A DNA stretch of 64,000 bases from the human T2T-CHM13v2.0 reference genome, Homo sapiens. Below are positions 30,351 to 47,204 of this stretch, piece after piece (the stretch's first letter is position 1; each line of letters opens with the position of its first letter). Where the stretch lies: NCBI RefSeq assembly GCF_009914755.1, contig NC_060947.1; one strand, written 5' to 3'. The position numbers and the translations under genes are program-made. Under the pieces are notes generated by a model that was not told the DNA's origin, ran no database searches, and worked only from the letters and a program-made list of their open reading frames with translations.

Positions 30351-31422
30351 ACTACCATACTAGAGGTTTCTTCCTAACGAACTTTGTTTCATTTCTCCTT
30401 TATCAAACCTAAGGATTTTTAATAAGAAAATGTAAAAGTGGAGTTGAATGGGTAGGATGGAGAAGGCATAGACACTTGGGGAAAAAACTTCAAACTCCTT
30501 CTTACAATAAAAAAAAAATCAATAATTTAAAGTTCCAGCGCCTCGCCTTCTGAGCTGTTGGTGTGGGAGTTCAAAACTAAATCATGTTATTTTAGGAAAA
30601 ATCAATAGATCTCATAAAATTACCAGTCTCTTTATGAACAGAAAACAATGTTTCTGAAAGCAAATATGATTTATTCTTTTATACATGTGTATTTGCACAA
30701 ATCGATAGGAGATATGAATAACCAGAACATTCCATGGCAGCCCCTGATAAATCACTTTTTCTCCAATTATGAGAGAAGGACATTTTTTTTTTTTGTATCA
30801 TGGAACTTTCGGAGTAAATTTCTACTGGCTTCTCCAGCGCCCCAGATGTGAGAACTATAACCCAAAGCCTGTTGTTCACCATAACTTTCAGTCTGACTCT
30901 TCAGTCTGCTAAACACAAAACAGTCCTTAAACATTAATTCTGCTGGCTGGAGGAGTTCCTTACCAACCAGAAAAAGTCAGTAGTCACCCAGGAGCCTCAG
31001 TGGCAGTCACAGGATAGCCTGTGAAATGAGAAACACTGGGCTGGTGTTTAGGGCATTTTGGCTCCGTGATGGAGGATACTTTATCCTTTGGATTTGCCAT
31101 CTGTAAAATAGGAACAACCAGTGTCTTTCATATACCAATGATAGTAAATGGAGATGATGAACACATTTGCAGAAAAGCCTCCAAATTTATTAAATTGAAA
31201 CATACAGGCCTTATTCCTTCTGGGCCATTAGCTTCTACCTACTTTCCTGTCTCAGTCACGACTTGGCAGACAATAGATGGAAAAGATGAAGAGGGAATAA
31301 GTTAGGAGCTCAAGGGAATCTACCAATTAAGAAGCTGATGCTTCTATCAACACCAGCATATTTTTGACCAGATCATCTCTACAAGACAGTCCAGCATAAT
31401 TAGTTAAGAATATAGAGCTTTT

Positions 31423-31694
31423 CTTAGCTAGACAAGAAGAATAAATTTGATTTTTAGATCAATTGCACATCATGGTGAATATAGCTAATAATTTAGTTCT
31501 GTACATTTCAATATCACTAAGATAAATTTCTAATTTTCTCATCACAAAAATGTTAAATATTTGAGGTGATGGATGTTAATTAGTTTAATTTAATCTTTCT
31601 ATATTGTATTTGAAAATTGTAACACTACTTTGTACCCAATATATATATATATACAACAACAGTTTGTCAATATATAATAAAAATAGTTTAAAAA
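31423..31694 (+). mobile_element. L1MA 3'-end fragment inserted in a MIR
   Basis: CTCATCACAAAAATG..TGAGGTGATGGATGTTAATTAG; TSD AAGAATATAGAGCTTT / AAGAATGTAGGGCTTT. Confidence 0.8.
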
Positions 31695-31897
31695 AGAATG
31701 TAGGGCTTTGAGTCAAATAGACTTGGGTTTGAATCTCATGGAGGGATCTGCAGCAAGCCACTAACCTTTCAGAATCATTTTCTCCCTCTGTAAAATGAGG
31801 ATAAGAATGATCTTATTCGATTGTTTTCATGATTACATGAAATTTCAGATGTAAAAGAAATACAGTATTAGGCCCAAAATAAACACTCTGTAAGTCA

Positions 31898-31970
31898 TGG
31901 TAGTGGTGGTGGTGATGGTGGTGGTGGTGGTGGTGGTGGTGGTGGTGGTGGTGGTGGTGGTGGTGGTGGT
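31898..31970. repeat. (TGG)n trinucleotide microsatellite, about 24 units with two interruptions
   Basis: Directly visible in the sequence. Confidence 0.97.
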
Positions 31971-32184
31971 AGAGGTTGTTATGTCTTGCCTCTTTTTTGA
32001 CATCCATATCCATCAGATGTTTGGTTTCTTTTAGCGCTGTTGTAGGTGGGCTTAGTGTCCATTTTGTAAGCTGGTACAAAATGCCATGGGTCTTCAGCAG
32101 TTAGGTGCCCATTTTGGTCATTTTTTAAAGATGACTTCTGTCTTTGTAAAACTTCTACTCATCTTTTACTGTGTGTGGAGGGGA

Positions 32185-32476
32185 GGTAAAACAACAACCA
32201 ACATTTGTTTTCTCACATAGTTTCTGTGGGTAAAAGATTCAGGAGTGGCTTAGCTGGGTGGTTCTAGCTCAGGGTCTCTAATGAGGCTGTAGTCAAAATA
32301 TCATCTGTGGCTGTAGTCATCTGATGGCTTGACTGAGGCCAGGGATTCACTTCTAAGATGGCTTCCTCCCATGGTAGGCAAGTTGATGCTGGCTATTGTC
32401 AGGAGGCCTTGGCTCCTTACCCTGTGGACCTCTCCATAAGGCTGCTTGAGTATCCTGATGCATTGCAGCTGGCTCC
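32185..32476 (-). mobile_element. Older MLT1 (F/G/H-like) LTR fragment
   Basis: TCTGTGGGT..ATTCAGGAGTGGCTTAGCTGGGTGGTTCT..GGCTTGACTGAGGC..CTTCTAAGATGGC. Confidence 0.75.
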
Positions 32477-33690
32477 AATGAACTTCGAGGCAACAGTACT
32501 ACAGTTCCCAGCATGGCTTTCTTCCCACCACTGCTCTCCTCTGCCCCCACTTCTAGACTCTCCCAGACTGAGACTTGTAGTTCTAGCCCATGGGTGGCAG
32601 CAGTGGCATGGAAGCATTCCTGAAATCTGCTTTTCCTTGATCGTACGCAGTGAGACTGCAAGTTCCAACTCAAGTCCTACTCTGACCCACTAGGGTTTGC
32701 CCTGCTCAGAATCACTTTCCCTTCTCCAGGGGAACAAACTCTTCTTCCAGTACTCCCTATACCTCAGATCTCCCCTGTCCTACTCATCTCTATGAAGACA
32801 AGTTTATTTTAGGTCATGATTCTGGATCCTAGAGATTTTTCAGGTGGTCAATAAATAGATTTATTTTAAGTCACGATTAGTTGGTTGTCATACTAATTAC
32901 CCAGAGCTTTAAGCAAAAGTTCCTTCCTAATATGCACATGAGACCAGAGGAGCCATTCAACTAAGCTGAATTGAGAGCTTGTTTTATGCCACTCATCCTT
33001 AACTAAGTGATAAGGCCTGTAATAGGGAGTGTTAAACTCGGAAGCCCTAACCCAGCAAAGTTCAGTCACTTCGAAAATCGTCGAAGCTAGTAAGCTTTAA
33101 AATAATAAACTCTGGGGGAAACCAATGTCTTTATGTAGTCCAGAAGCAGGGAAGTAAACATACTAGCTTTCTCCAGTTCCTCATAGCTCTATTTCCTTAT
33201 GGCCATCACCAGTAGGCCTCAACTCCACCAGTTCTTGAGCCAGCACTCATAAGGTCGTGAGGGCTTTTGGCAGATTAACTCCTCATCTACATGACTATCA
33301 GAGGTAGGGTATATGGGGAGCTGGAACACAGTCTTGCTGCCAGAAAATTCCATATCAATGGTGACAGTAATGGCCAATTTTCAGCATTCCTCTATCTTCT
33401 GCAGTAATGGCCAACCCTGAGTTACTCAAAATCATGACTTATACCACTGTTGATATGTGAACTCTCAGTCCTCACTCTCTCTGAGGCTTGGAGTTGGATG
33501 TAATAAAGAGTTTAGAGTTTTACTCCTTTCTCCTTGAATTACACAGAGTCCATCACTTGCCCTCTCTGAGTCTTAAACATCTTCCTGGAATGACCTAGAA
33601 ACAAGAGGACTTTATGTTTTGAGATGATACTACCCACATGCTAGATACTTCTCCCATGATTTTTGTAAAGAAAAATCTGCCAATACCCCT

Positions 33691-34101
33691 TGGTATAGTT
33701 TGGATATTTGTCCCTTCCAAATCTCATGTTGATCCCCAATGTTGGAGGTGGAGCCTGGTTGGAAGGTGTTAGGTCATGGGGATGGATTCCTCATGAACAT
33801 CTTCATGTTGCCCTCTGGATAATGAGTGACTTCTTGCTCTGTTAGTTCCTGTGAGATCTAATTGTTAAAAAGAGTCTGGCACCTCTGTCCTCTCTCTCTT
33901 GCTCTCTCTCTTTCCATGTGACATGCTGGCTCCCCTTCTCTTTCTGCCATGATTGGAAGCTTCCTGGGGCCCTCATCAGATGTAAATGCTTACACCATGC
34001 TTCTTGTACAGTTTGCAGAACCATGAGCCAAATAAACTTTTCTTTTTAGAAATTACCCAGCCCGAGGCATTCCTATATAGCAACACAAATGGACTAAAAC
34101 A
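33691..34101 (+). mobile_element. MSTB-like MaLR solo LTR
   Basis: TGGTATAGTTTGGATATTTGTCCC...GCAACACAAATGGACTAAAACA; TSD CCCCT / CACCT. Confidence 0.88.
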
Positions 34102-35639
34102 CACCTGGAAAAGATATTTGCAAATGAGAATGATTAAAAGCCATTTGGACAGAAAAAAAGATGGAAGAAAGAGGAACACAAATGTCCTCTATAAGGTTGC
34201 TACTACGGGTGACAAATACATTTGAGGATGCCTAGCTCAATGCACTGCCTCCACTATAAAGTCAACTCAAACCCATTTGATGGCTGGTTCTTTAGCCATC
34301 CCTAGAGATATTGATTCCATTTTTTATTCACTTATAATGCAAGTTAAATGAACATTTCCTTGATGCAATTCCATTCTGTTTCCTTCTTGGATTATTTTTT
34401 ATGAAGGAGATCAGATGGCTTGGGAACAAGTTTCTCTGGCGCAGCTCTGCAGGGCCTCCCTGCAGACTGAATCTCTGAGGCCTGGTGGCAGGTCACAACC
34501 AGTTTTCTTTGTGATGATACATCCTTGCAGAAGACAGGAAGACTTGACAGCCTGACAGACACTTAAAGTGTGAAGATGAATAAAAGATACATCACTCCTG
34601 ATGGGTATATTTTAAAAAGCTGTCAGTTGATGTAAGCAGTATTCTAAAAACATACAGTACCATATCAGGGCTAGAGGGTGTTGGATACAAAAATGGGTTG
34701 GCAGATGGACAATTTTTGATAGTCAGGTCTATGCGGATGTGAAAACCAAGCTGAGAAGAAGTTTGTTAGTCCTCATCTGTTGCCCTGCTTTGCAAATCAT
34801 ATTTAGGAGCTTTGCTTTCTGTCTCTTTGATTTCTTTTTAAGGCCTACATTATTAGCCAGTAGGTAGACTAGATGATTTAGCTGCTATATCTAATATGAG
34901 TGGTGACAGGCATGAAATTCTAGCCAAAACATCTTATTCACTGATTGTTGCTTTGCCTGAAATTTCACCATTACACCTTCTTATTTGGGAAATGTACTGC
35001 AACTCAGAAACTCTGGGAAAGGAAAATCTTCAAATTACTTTAATGGGGATTGATTTCCAGACATTTGTTGTACTAAAGCATTAGGAATTGGAGGTCAGCC
35101 AGAAGTCAGGTGAAAGGGCAGAGAACAGAAAGGAAAAGTCAGAAGTCACAAAATTTTGATATTATGAGCTTCACATTCTCATAGAAACATTTGAGCACAT
35201 GCAACCAGAATTTATCTGGTGCATGAATCTGCTTTGAAACATTCCCATGAAGCGTTAATCCAATCTCTGTTTGAATACCTCCAGTAATAGGAACCTCTTT
35301 TTTTTAATGAAGAAACTCATTCTATTGTTAGGCAGTTCTAAAATTAGAAGGTTCTATATTGTAGGATTCCCAAATATGCTACCTTGCAGCTTCCATACTA
35401 CTAATGTTTGCTTTTCATGGAATTAGACTGCCTCCTTTTACCCATGAAGGCTCTCTGATATGTAAAGACAGCTTTCCTGATCCCTACCCCCGATTAAGCT
35501 TTTCCTACCATTTCTTAAAATATTTTTCAAAAGACAGCGGGATAGAGATTATAGTGAGCAGCCAATAGGGGAGAGAGCAAATGGCTCATGGCCCTTCAAG
35601 AGCATCTGTGACAACACACACAAATAAATTTTAAATGAC

Positions 35640-36735
<1,096 letters not shown>

Positions 36736-36874
36736 GCTAATGTTCTGCACAGAGTCATGTCCCATTGCAACCCCAGCTATTGTTTTGACACCCCAAGTGC
36801 CAATGACAATAGCATCCTGAATACAGAGGTCATCAAAGACACAGAAACACAAGAAGGGAGGAAGAGCTAAATCT

Positions 36875-39125
36875 TATTTTTTTAATAATTTTTTATTTTT
36901 TATATTTGTGGGTATATAGTAGGTGTACATATTTATGGGATACATGAGATGTACTGCATAATAAACACATCATGGAACATGGGGTATCCCTCCCCTCAAG
37001 CCTTTATCCTTTGTGTTACAAACAATGCAATTATACTCTTTTAGTTATTTTTAAATGTACAATTAAATTATTATTGACTTACAGTCACACCGTGTGCTAT
37101 CAAATATTATTTATTCTAACTTATTCATTTATTCTAACTACTCTTTTATACTCATTACCATCCTCACCTCCACCAACAACACCCAACCCCACCCTGCTAC
37201 CCTTCCCAAACTCTGGTAACCATCCTTCTACTCTCTATCTCTGCAGATTCAATTGTTTTGATTTTTATATCCAACAAATAGGTAAGAACGTGAGATGTTT
37301 GTCTTTCTGTGCCTGGCTTATTTCACTTAACATAATGACCTCCAGTTCATCCATGTTGTTGCAAATGACTGAATTTCATCATTTTTTATTGCTGAATAGT
37401 ACTCCATTGTGTATAAGTACCACATTTTCTTTATCTAGTCCTCTGTTCATGGACACTTAGCTTGCTTCCAATTCTTGGCTATTGTGAACAGAGCTACAAC
37501 AAACATGGGAGTGCAGATATCTCCTCCTCCTTATACTGATTCTTTTTCTTTTGGGTATATACCCAGCAGTGAGATTGCTGAATCATATGGTAGCTCAATT
37601 TTTAGTTTCTTGAAGAACCCCCAAGCTGTTCTCCACAGTGGTTGTACTAATTTACAATCCCATCAACAGTGCACAAGGTTCCCTTTCCTCCATATCTTCA
37701 CCAACATTTGTTATTGCACGATTTTTTTAGTATAAGCCATTTTAACTCACATGAAATGATATCTCATTGTAGTTTTGATTTGCATTTCTCTGATGATCAA
37801 TGATGTTGAGCACCTTTTCACATGTTTATTTTTCATTTGTATGTCTTCTTTTAAGAGACATCTATTCGAATCTTTTGCCTATTTTTAAATCAGATTATTA
37901 GATTTTTTTCGTAGAGTTGTTGGAGCTCCTTATATATTCTTGTTATTAATTGCTTGTCAAATGGGTAGTTTGCAAATATTTTATTTATCCCATTCTGTGG
38001 GTTGTCTCTCCAGTTCGTTGATTGTATCCTTTGCTGTGCAGAAGCTTTTTAGCTTAATGTGATCCACACTTGTCCATTTTTGCTTCGGTCGCCTATGCTT
38101 GTGGAGTATTACTCAATAAATTTTTGCCCAGTCCAATGTCCTAAAGAGTCTCCACAATGTTTTCTTTTAGTGGTTTCATAGTTTGAGGTCTTAGATTTAA
38201 GTCTTTAATCCATTTTTATTTAATTTTTATATATGGAGAGAGATAGGAGTCTAGTTTCATTATTCTGCATATGAATATCCAGGTTTCCCAGCACCATTTA
38301 TTTAAGAGACTATTTTTTTCCCCAGTGTATGTTCCTGGCACATTTGTGAAAAATGAACTCACTGTAGGTGTGTGGATTTGTTTCTGGTTTCTCTATTCTG
38401 TTCCATTGGCCAACGTTTCTGTTTTTATGCCAGTACCATGCTATATTGGTTACTATAGCTCTGTAGCATAATTTGAAGTTGGGTAATGTAATTCCTCAAT
38501 TTTTGTTCTTTTTGCTCAGGATAGCCTTGGCTATTCTGGGTCTTTTGTGGTTTCATGTAAAATTTAGGATTACTATTTCCATTTCTATGAAGAATGTCAT
38601 TGGTATTTTGATGGGGATTGCATTGAATCTATACATTGCTTTGGGTAGTATGGACATTTGGAAGTATTACATCCTCCTTTCTTTTCTGGAATAGTTTGAG
38701 TACACTTAATATTACTTCTTCTTTAAATGTTTGGTTTAAATTCAGCAGTAAAGTCATTGAGTTCTAGGCTTTTCTTTATTGGGAGAATTTTTATTATGGC
38801 TTTGATTTCATTGCTTGTTATTGGTTTGTTCAGGTTTTGGATTTCTTCATAGGTTGTATGTGTCTACAAATTTTTCCATTTCTTCTATATTTTCCAATTT
38901 ATTGACAGATAGTTGTTCATAGTAGGAAATAATGTTCCTTTGAATTTCCACGATATCAGTTGTAATGTCTCCTTTTTCATTTCTGATTTTATTTATTTAG
39001 GTATTCTCTCTTTTTTTCTTAGTTTCACTAAAGGTTTATCTATTTTGTTTAACTTTTCAAAAAACCAACTTTTGGTTTTATTGATGTTTTGTATTGTTGT
39101 TTTCTTCATTTCAATTTAATTTACT
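36875..39125 (-). mobile_element. 5'-truncated L1MA (L1MA2/3-like) with an internal deletion near 38660
   Basis: 3' end TTTGTGGGTATATAGTAGGTGTACATATTTATGGG; reverse-strand ORF2 sequence up to AAAAACCAACTTTTGG. Confidence 0.88.
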
Positions 39126-40678
39126 TGAGCTAAGCCTTATTGAAAATATGAACTATTAGCAAGATGAGAGAAGGAGACATGGCCTTGCTGAAATCTGGGG
39201 CTCAGGACAGAAGGGCTTTACAAAGGGGTCATTTTGAGTCTATTATAAGCAAAGGTATTAAGTATGGTGACTGTTTCCTCACCTGTGACGGGTGTGAAGG
39301 GAGCTGTTTACTTGTCACCTACAAATTGTCTTTCCCTGCAATATCTGTACTTAGAATTCCAACAGAGTTATCTGTCCTTCTAACAATAGTTCTTCCGTTT
39401 ACTTTCCTTTTTGCTGTAGACAAATTTTAAGCAACTCAAGAGACATGTTCCTTGAAAAGCTTTTTGTTTTTGTTCCAACTGAACCTGTTTCAAACTAGAG
39501 TTGTTAGCCCTTTGAGGAGAGACTTGCTGGAAGTTTCACATCTACTCTTATTTGTTCTTCCCAAACTTATAAGAAAGTTATGATTATTAATAGTTATTTT
39601 GTAGGTGAGAAAATTAAGGTATGTGAGGTTAAAAAACTTGGCCAAGTTCTTATGGATCTAATGTTCTAAATAAGAACTTAAATCCAGATCTGACTCCAGA
39701 TCATAGGACTGTAATCAACACATTCTTATATCTCGGACTAATAAAATGACAGCTATTGTTTGTTAAATAGCTGCAATGAGCCAGGTACTGAGATAAGGAG
39801 TTTCCATATGTTGCTTCAGCTTCAGTAATTCCAGAATATCCATGCTCAGTGAGGGCTCATTATTGTTTCCCAGTGCTCAAAAAAGTGTCTAACATAAAAC
39901 AGATATTCAATAAAAATTTATTATATAAATAAATGAACAACCTTCTGTGGTGAATATTATTGGCCACATTTTATGGATAAAGAAAATAAAGCTTGTGAAG
40001 GTTAACTTGCCTCAGGTTACACAGCTAGCAACTAGCAGAGCTCAAAGCTCTACCAACCTGTATCTGTCCCAATGTCAAGGGGTTGAGAAATGTCAGACAA
40101 TGAAAAGGAAGAGTTCTAATAGTAACGGTGCAGAAGGAAGGTTGCAGCAGCTGCTGCTATTTGGGCTGCTAGAGAAGCCCACCCATTCCTACTTTGTCTT
40201 TTTACACTCCCCAGAATCTGCTCTGTTTTTCAAACTTGTGGGCCAGTTATGCATAGGGCACAACACATGAGATGTAGGTAATTATTCTGTCTTCATTAAG
40301 GGTGGTTGAAAATACCATTATCTTTAGACAATTGTTATCTGGATTATTTTGCATTTGTTTTATTCTAAATTCTTCTAGATAATATTGACATAGGCCCTGG
40401 GCTAATTTGAAACTGTTTGAAGAGGAGAGTAGCCACAAACTAAATGACCCATTCATCCAAACAGAACACATTCTCAAGGGTCTCCAAGGCTACTGTTTCT
40501 CACTATTCTGGCTAAACCCACTGAAGTCCACAGCTTGGACATCTGCCTCCTGAGCATTTTTCCCACTGCCACCAGTCTTGTTCTATATTTCTATCTGGTT
40601 AACTTGGGCATCTGTAATATGAAAACATACTGAGGTACACTGGAGCAGGGCTGGGTTTTCCATTTACATCAAGGAATA

Positions 40679-40972
<294 letters not shown>

Positions 40973-43599
40973 AGGAATAATAAAAGAAGAGATAGTGAAT
41001 GGGGAACAGTAAAACCACCTCTGCTAAAATCTAGTTCTAACTATGGCTGTTATGGACAGATCGTATAAATTCGAGAAAGAATCTCTGAGTGCCTCTATGT
41101 ATAAGGAAGTAAGCTAGTGCTAGGCCCTGGGAATACAGAAATAAATAATTCCCATATTTAAATATTTCCATATTGAATTAATAGGGACAACAGGACTGCA
41201 ATAACTAATTGCAAGTGATATGAGAGTGCAAAGGAGAAACACTAGAGCAAGTAATATGCTAAGTGGCTTAGTTTAAGTCACTTGCTCCATACCAACAAAT
41301 TCAGGTAGAATCACCTTCCCCAGAAAAACATGGTTTCTCAGATAGAAACTGGAGCTACTGACAAAGATGTTTGGTAGGCAACCTTCCAGTGGCTCTAGAA
41401 AATAGTGGCTTCTATTGTTGATATCTGCTGGATGCCAGGAAATTTACATATATTATCTCAACTATGTGTAAATACATATAGTGTCTTGCAACACAGATGT
41501 GAAAACTAAGTCTCAGAGAAGTAATTCACCCAAGGTCTCATAGGTTGGAATTTGAATCTAGACTGGGATTTTAATCCAACATCCGTCTAACTCCGAAGCC
41601 CATGAGTTTTTTCTACTGTTTGAAACTATTTCCAGAACATAGTGGTGTTAGCATCAAATGTGGAGAATTCTAGTCCCAAATTTAATACTAAGTAACTGTA
41701 TGTCCTTAGACAACTCTTTTTTTATCTTCTGGGAGGGAGTGTTGAATACATGCCTTGCCTATATCACATTTTATTAAAAGGATACATGGAACAGTAGGAA
41801 AATATTCAGATCACATGAAATGCTCTGCACATGTGTGGAATGTTACCAATTATTAAGTGACATTATAAGGTTGCTTCTGCCCCATACTCTATAATGCCTG
41901 TATTCCTCATTCACTCATAGTCAAGACTTAGAGAGGAGAGAAAGGCTAAGAGTTTCAGGTTGGAACATTAATACAGAGAGTCTTAAACATGGCCCAAATA
42001 ACTTTTATTTCCTGAGCCTCAGATTCTTCATCTGTAAATCTGAAAGAGGATTCTCATAGTCAAAAAACATGATGTATCCTAAGTTGCTTATATTAAGCTT
42101 TCTCCACCTTGACCAGGGGCACAGATTGCCTGTGTACCACAGGGACCTGGAAATCCAAAAAAAAGTTTGAATATAAGTAGGCTAGGTTCTGTCATCTCAT
42201 CAGTTGCAAGTGGTGTTCAGCAGTAAGTGAACTGCACTTAATGAATTAAAGACGAAAGAGACAGGAGGGAGCATGAAGGCAGGAAAAGACCTTTTATTTC
42301 AAATTTATGGGCTGATTATATGACAATTTGGAATCTGCAGATCAAAATTTTTCCACTCTTTCTGTAATTGTTTACTTGAAACAGCATGTACTCTTTGAAA
42401 CGATGGTCACATTGGGAATGGACAGAGAAACCAAACTAAGCCCTCATATTGGTAAACCACCATTGCTGTATCTTAACCATTGAGTCTACTCCAGGAACAG
42501 GAACAGAGGGATGATGAGCATAGTGGGTAAGATTAAGGTTGGCTGTGGGTCTGAGGGTCATATTCCAGATTGCAGAAAACCAGCAGCCAGTTTCTCACCT
42601 GCTTTTTAGCTGTGTGCTCAGGCAAGTTATAGAATCTATGGGTTTGAAAGGACCAGATTCTCTTCATGATGCTCCCTCTTCTCTGATTCTTGGAGCCCCC
42701 TACTCCAACTCCCAACTAGGTGGTAATCCTAGCTCTGCTTATTCCCCAGTGATATAGAACTGGTAACTTACTTCATGGAGAGACTCGTCCCATCCCCATC
42801 CCCATCCTCCCAACTGCATCTTTGGATAGCTTCTTCCTTGTCTCTGAGAACAATGAGAGTCCTTTGGAGCCAGTTATTTACATACCAAGCTTCCCTTCCT
42901 CTTTCACTTGACTTAATATCTCAGTGTTTTGTTTTCTGAACTGGAAAATTGCAGTAAAGATGGGATGAAATGATGAATATAAGGTGGGTTTTTTGAGATT
43001 TAAATCTCTGTACACACAGACCATGAAGCCCATGGGCAGAAAGGGTGATGGATCAAGTGTGGTTCCTTAATAGAATTAAGTATGTTAAAAAGGAAAACTG
43101 GGGAAATGTAACAGGAAATTCTATTGAGAGTGTTCATGACACTTTTAACTTCATAAGAAGCTAGGCCATGGGTCCAGCTGAGCCAGAAGGAAGATTGAAG
43201 CTTAAAGGAAGTTCTGAGGTCTGAGACATAGCAATGGCCAAATTGACCCTCAGCTGGGCTGCTCCAGCTCTGACAGGGATATGGGGATGGCTTTTTAATC
43301 TCATTCCCAGGCAGAGAAGAAGAGAGTGGTGCATACTTTCCAGAAGGACCCACAGAGCCCTAAGAGCAGATTCAGCTCAATTGCTACCCTCTCTCTTGCC
43401 CCTAAGCCAGCTGCATGTGATGTGCCTGAGACAGCCTGCACCAGTCCACTGTTTACAGGGGCCTATGGAGGCTCAGATAAAGCCATGAAAAGAAGCAATG
43501 CACATATCATGCACCTTAGGGGCTCCTGTTGGAGCCAAATATTTTCTACTTTCAAAAATGTAGATAATGAAACAGAAAGGACCTTTTGAGGGTATTCAA

Positions 43600-43775
43600 C
43601 CTAGAATTTCTTGAAAGTGTCATCAAGGGAACTTTTACTGCATCATCTGCAGAGATTGATTAAAATGGAGATCAAATTCAGACCCACTGAATCACACTTT
43701 CCAGGAGTGAGCCCAAGAATCTGCATGTTAAAATCCCAGGGGATTCTGATGTACCCTGAAATTTGAGAACCTCTG
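43600..43775. mobile_element. MER5-like hAT-Charlie MITE
   Basis: AGACCCACTGAATCA..CCCAAGAATCTGCATG..GGATTCTGATG..TGAAATTTGAGAACC. Confidence 0.65.
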
Positions 43776-45314
43776 AGAAATGTTGGTGCTCTGAGTGGTC
43801 AGTCACCCGATATTCACAAGGTAAAATCTGAAGGCCTCTTACTTCAATATCATCTGGAGGGATGATTGATAGTCAATGTTGGGGTCTCCTGCTAACCCTC
43901 TTGAATCAGAATTTTGTATGTGTGCTAAAGTTTGGGAAGCCCGATGCCTTCATTGTACAAGTAAGGAAACAAGCCCAGAGAGAGCGAGTGACTTGCCCAT
44001 GTGGCCATTGATCTGAATGGTGGCAGAGCTAGGCCCACACTGAGGTCTCCAGACAAATCCAAACAGTTTGCCCTTCTGGTCACCCCTTGAGAGTTATTTA
44101 TGTCTCAATTTAGCTTCTGTGGCCACAGCATTCCTCAGAAAGTTTGGAGATCAAGAGTAAAATATACAACTGCTCTGGGTAGTTGCATGACTTTAGGTCA
44201 AAGCTCCTCTTCCAAGGGATTATGTAGAACAGTTTGAAATTAAAGCAGTGTAAAGTCAAAAAGCTCTCTTATAAGCAGCAGGGTACTGCTGACTCTTCTC
44301 CAAATGGGATCTCAAGGGACTCCAGAGTAAAGTAGTTTTATGTTCGAGGAAACTGTTAACTATGGCTTTGAGCCAGACCAAATACAAACACTAAAATGAC
44401 CTGTAATAATTTACCAAACCCATTTTTTGTTTTTGTAGTTGAAACACATACCTAGTAAATAAAAGCTTAAATGTATGCAGTTGTGTTAGACCTTGTCCGA
44501 GCTCACAAGTCTGATCCCTCAAGCCTGTGTATTTCAGGTTTTGGCTCTATCTCTGCTTTTTCTCTTCAAGGCTGTGGTCTGAAACACCTCTGAACTGGCA
44601 AGCTTTGTCCCAGGATCCTCTGGGGCAATACAATATAAGGCCACTGACCTTTAAAGGAGAACAATTTCCAAAATGAAGAGGCAAGGTAGATTTTTTTTTT
44701 GGAGGGATTAAGCAATTGCCACTGACAACAGTGTCATTGTATGATTTGCATTTGGACTAATGCTTATAATCTTAGCAAGTGTTTCACCAGTGCTACATAA
44801 TTAGGAAAATTGAATGCTGTGCCACCTTGAATACATAATTCTGTAAAGAAACAGAACTCAACAGAGATTCTGGAACTTCTGAGAGTGGAGGAAAGAGAAG
44901 GCAAGGAAAGGAAGGAAAATTTAAAATCTCACATTTCCAATCAAAGGACATTGTTATAATAATGTAAAGGTCCGTGTAATCTCTTATCTCAATTGTGAAA
45001 TCATAAACCTCTGTAAAATGGAAGCAATTTTTTTTCATTAATTTGGTGCCAAAACTCATTTGACAGCAAAACTTGACCTGAATTGTCATGCACTTAGTCT
45101 TTATCCTTTTTAGTATGACTATTCAGACATTTTTTTTCCCTACAGGAATGTTAATGGCTTAATTATGGGATGTTTCCCAGACATTGCTGAAGGTATTATG
45201 TAATAAGCAGTAGATACTCCATGTTACCTTTCTAAAAACCTGAAAAAATTTAAATTCTAAAACACAGTCAGATAACAGCTTGCGGACCTACAATAATAAT
45301 AGCTAACATTTATG

Positions 45315-45621
45315 GATGCTGAGTGCAGTGACTCACACCTGTAATCCCAGCATTTTGGGAGGCCAAAGTGGGTGAATTTGGGAAGGTGGATTGCTTGAGC
45401 CCAGGAGTTCAAGACCAGCTTGGGCAACATGTTGAAACCTCACCTCCAAACAACAACAAAAAATAGCCAGGCGAGGTGGTATGTGCCTGTAGTCCTAGCT
45501 ACCAGGGAGGCTGGGGTGGGAAGATTACCAGAGCCTGAAAGATCGAGGCTGCAATGAACTGTGAACATGCCACTGCACTTCAGCCTAGGCAATAGAGTGA
45601 GGTTCTGTCTCAAAAAAAAAA
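45315..45621 (+). mobile_element. AluJ-like, inserted in a MIR
   Basis: GGATTGCTTGAGCCCAGGAGTTCAAGACCAGC..GATCGAGGCTGCA; A tail. Confidence 0.9.
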
Positions 45622-46202
45622 TGTATGGAGAACTTGCTATGTGTATGAAGCCATGCTAATCTCTCTTCATCTCATTTAATTTTCATAACATTATGAGGCA
45701 GGTATTATAATCATGTCTATTTTAAAATTTGGAAACTGATTCTCAAAGAGGCTAAATAACTTGCTCAGAATCACACAGTTCATAGATCAAACCAAGTCGC
45801 TTTGAGTTTAGAAGTGACATCCTTACCTGTTGAATTCTACCACGTGGGAGAGATGAGCAGTAGTGAAGGACAATGTGGGCTCTTTGTGTGCTTTATGTGG
45901 AGGTAGAATAGTGTACCACCCATTTTATGTTATTTGAGAGCCAATCTTCTACCTGCAAATATGTGCCCTCCCCATCCCTACTTCTCTGTGATATTGCTAA
46001 TAATGTTTTATTCTTTGAGATTTATCTGGACAGTGTTTTGCACAAGAGCCACCGGCATCAGAAATCAACAGGCCAGCTTGTTAAAATACAGATTCCTGGG
46101 ATTCATCCCAGACTTATTGAATCAGAATTGCTAGGGATTGGGTCTGAGTTGATTCTTATGACATTAAAGCTGGAGTGAACAGCAAATGCCCTGGGAAAGA
46201 CC

Positions 46203-46513
<311 letters not shown>

Positions 46514-46815
46514 GGAAAGGCCAATCATTAACCCTTATTGAAGAACATCTTAGCTATCAGTTGACACCTAGCTGGAATGGCAGTAATGAACTCATTGATG
46601 GACATCTGGGAAGTGGTAGATGTCTGGAAGACAGATCAGGAAATTAGAAGGGTGAGATATGGAAAGGAAGAAAAAAAGGAGGGTATGATAGTATCTCCCT
46701 ACTTTGACAATATGTGATAAAGGCAGAGCCTCTCCACCGGGCATTTTTCATCTACATTGGAAATATTTTGGAAGTAAATCTTTCATTTTTTGCCACTCAG
46801 AGCACCAATCTGTTA

Positions 46816-47204
<389 letters not shown>

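Noticed and set aside
31813-32079. Poly-histidine ORF
   Set aside because: It is simply the reverse translation of the (TGG)n microsatellite.
36972-37460. 162-aa ORF
   Set aside because: Antisense to an L1MA 3'UTR, with no protein-like motifs.
38640-38680. Internal deletion of the RT core in the L1MA copy
   Set aside because: A common decay event in old L1s with nothing distinctive at the junction.
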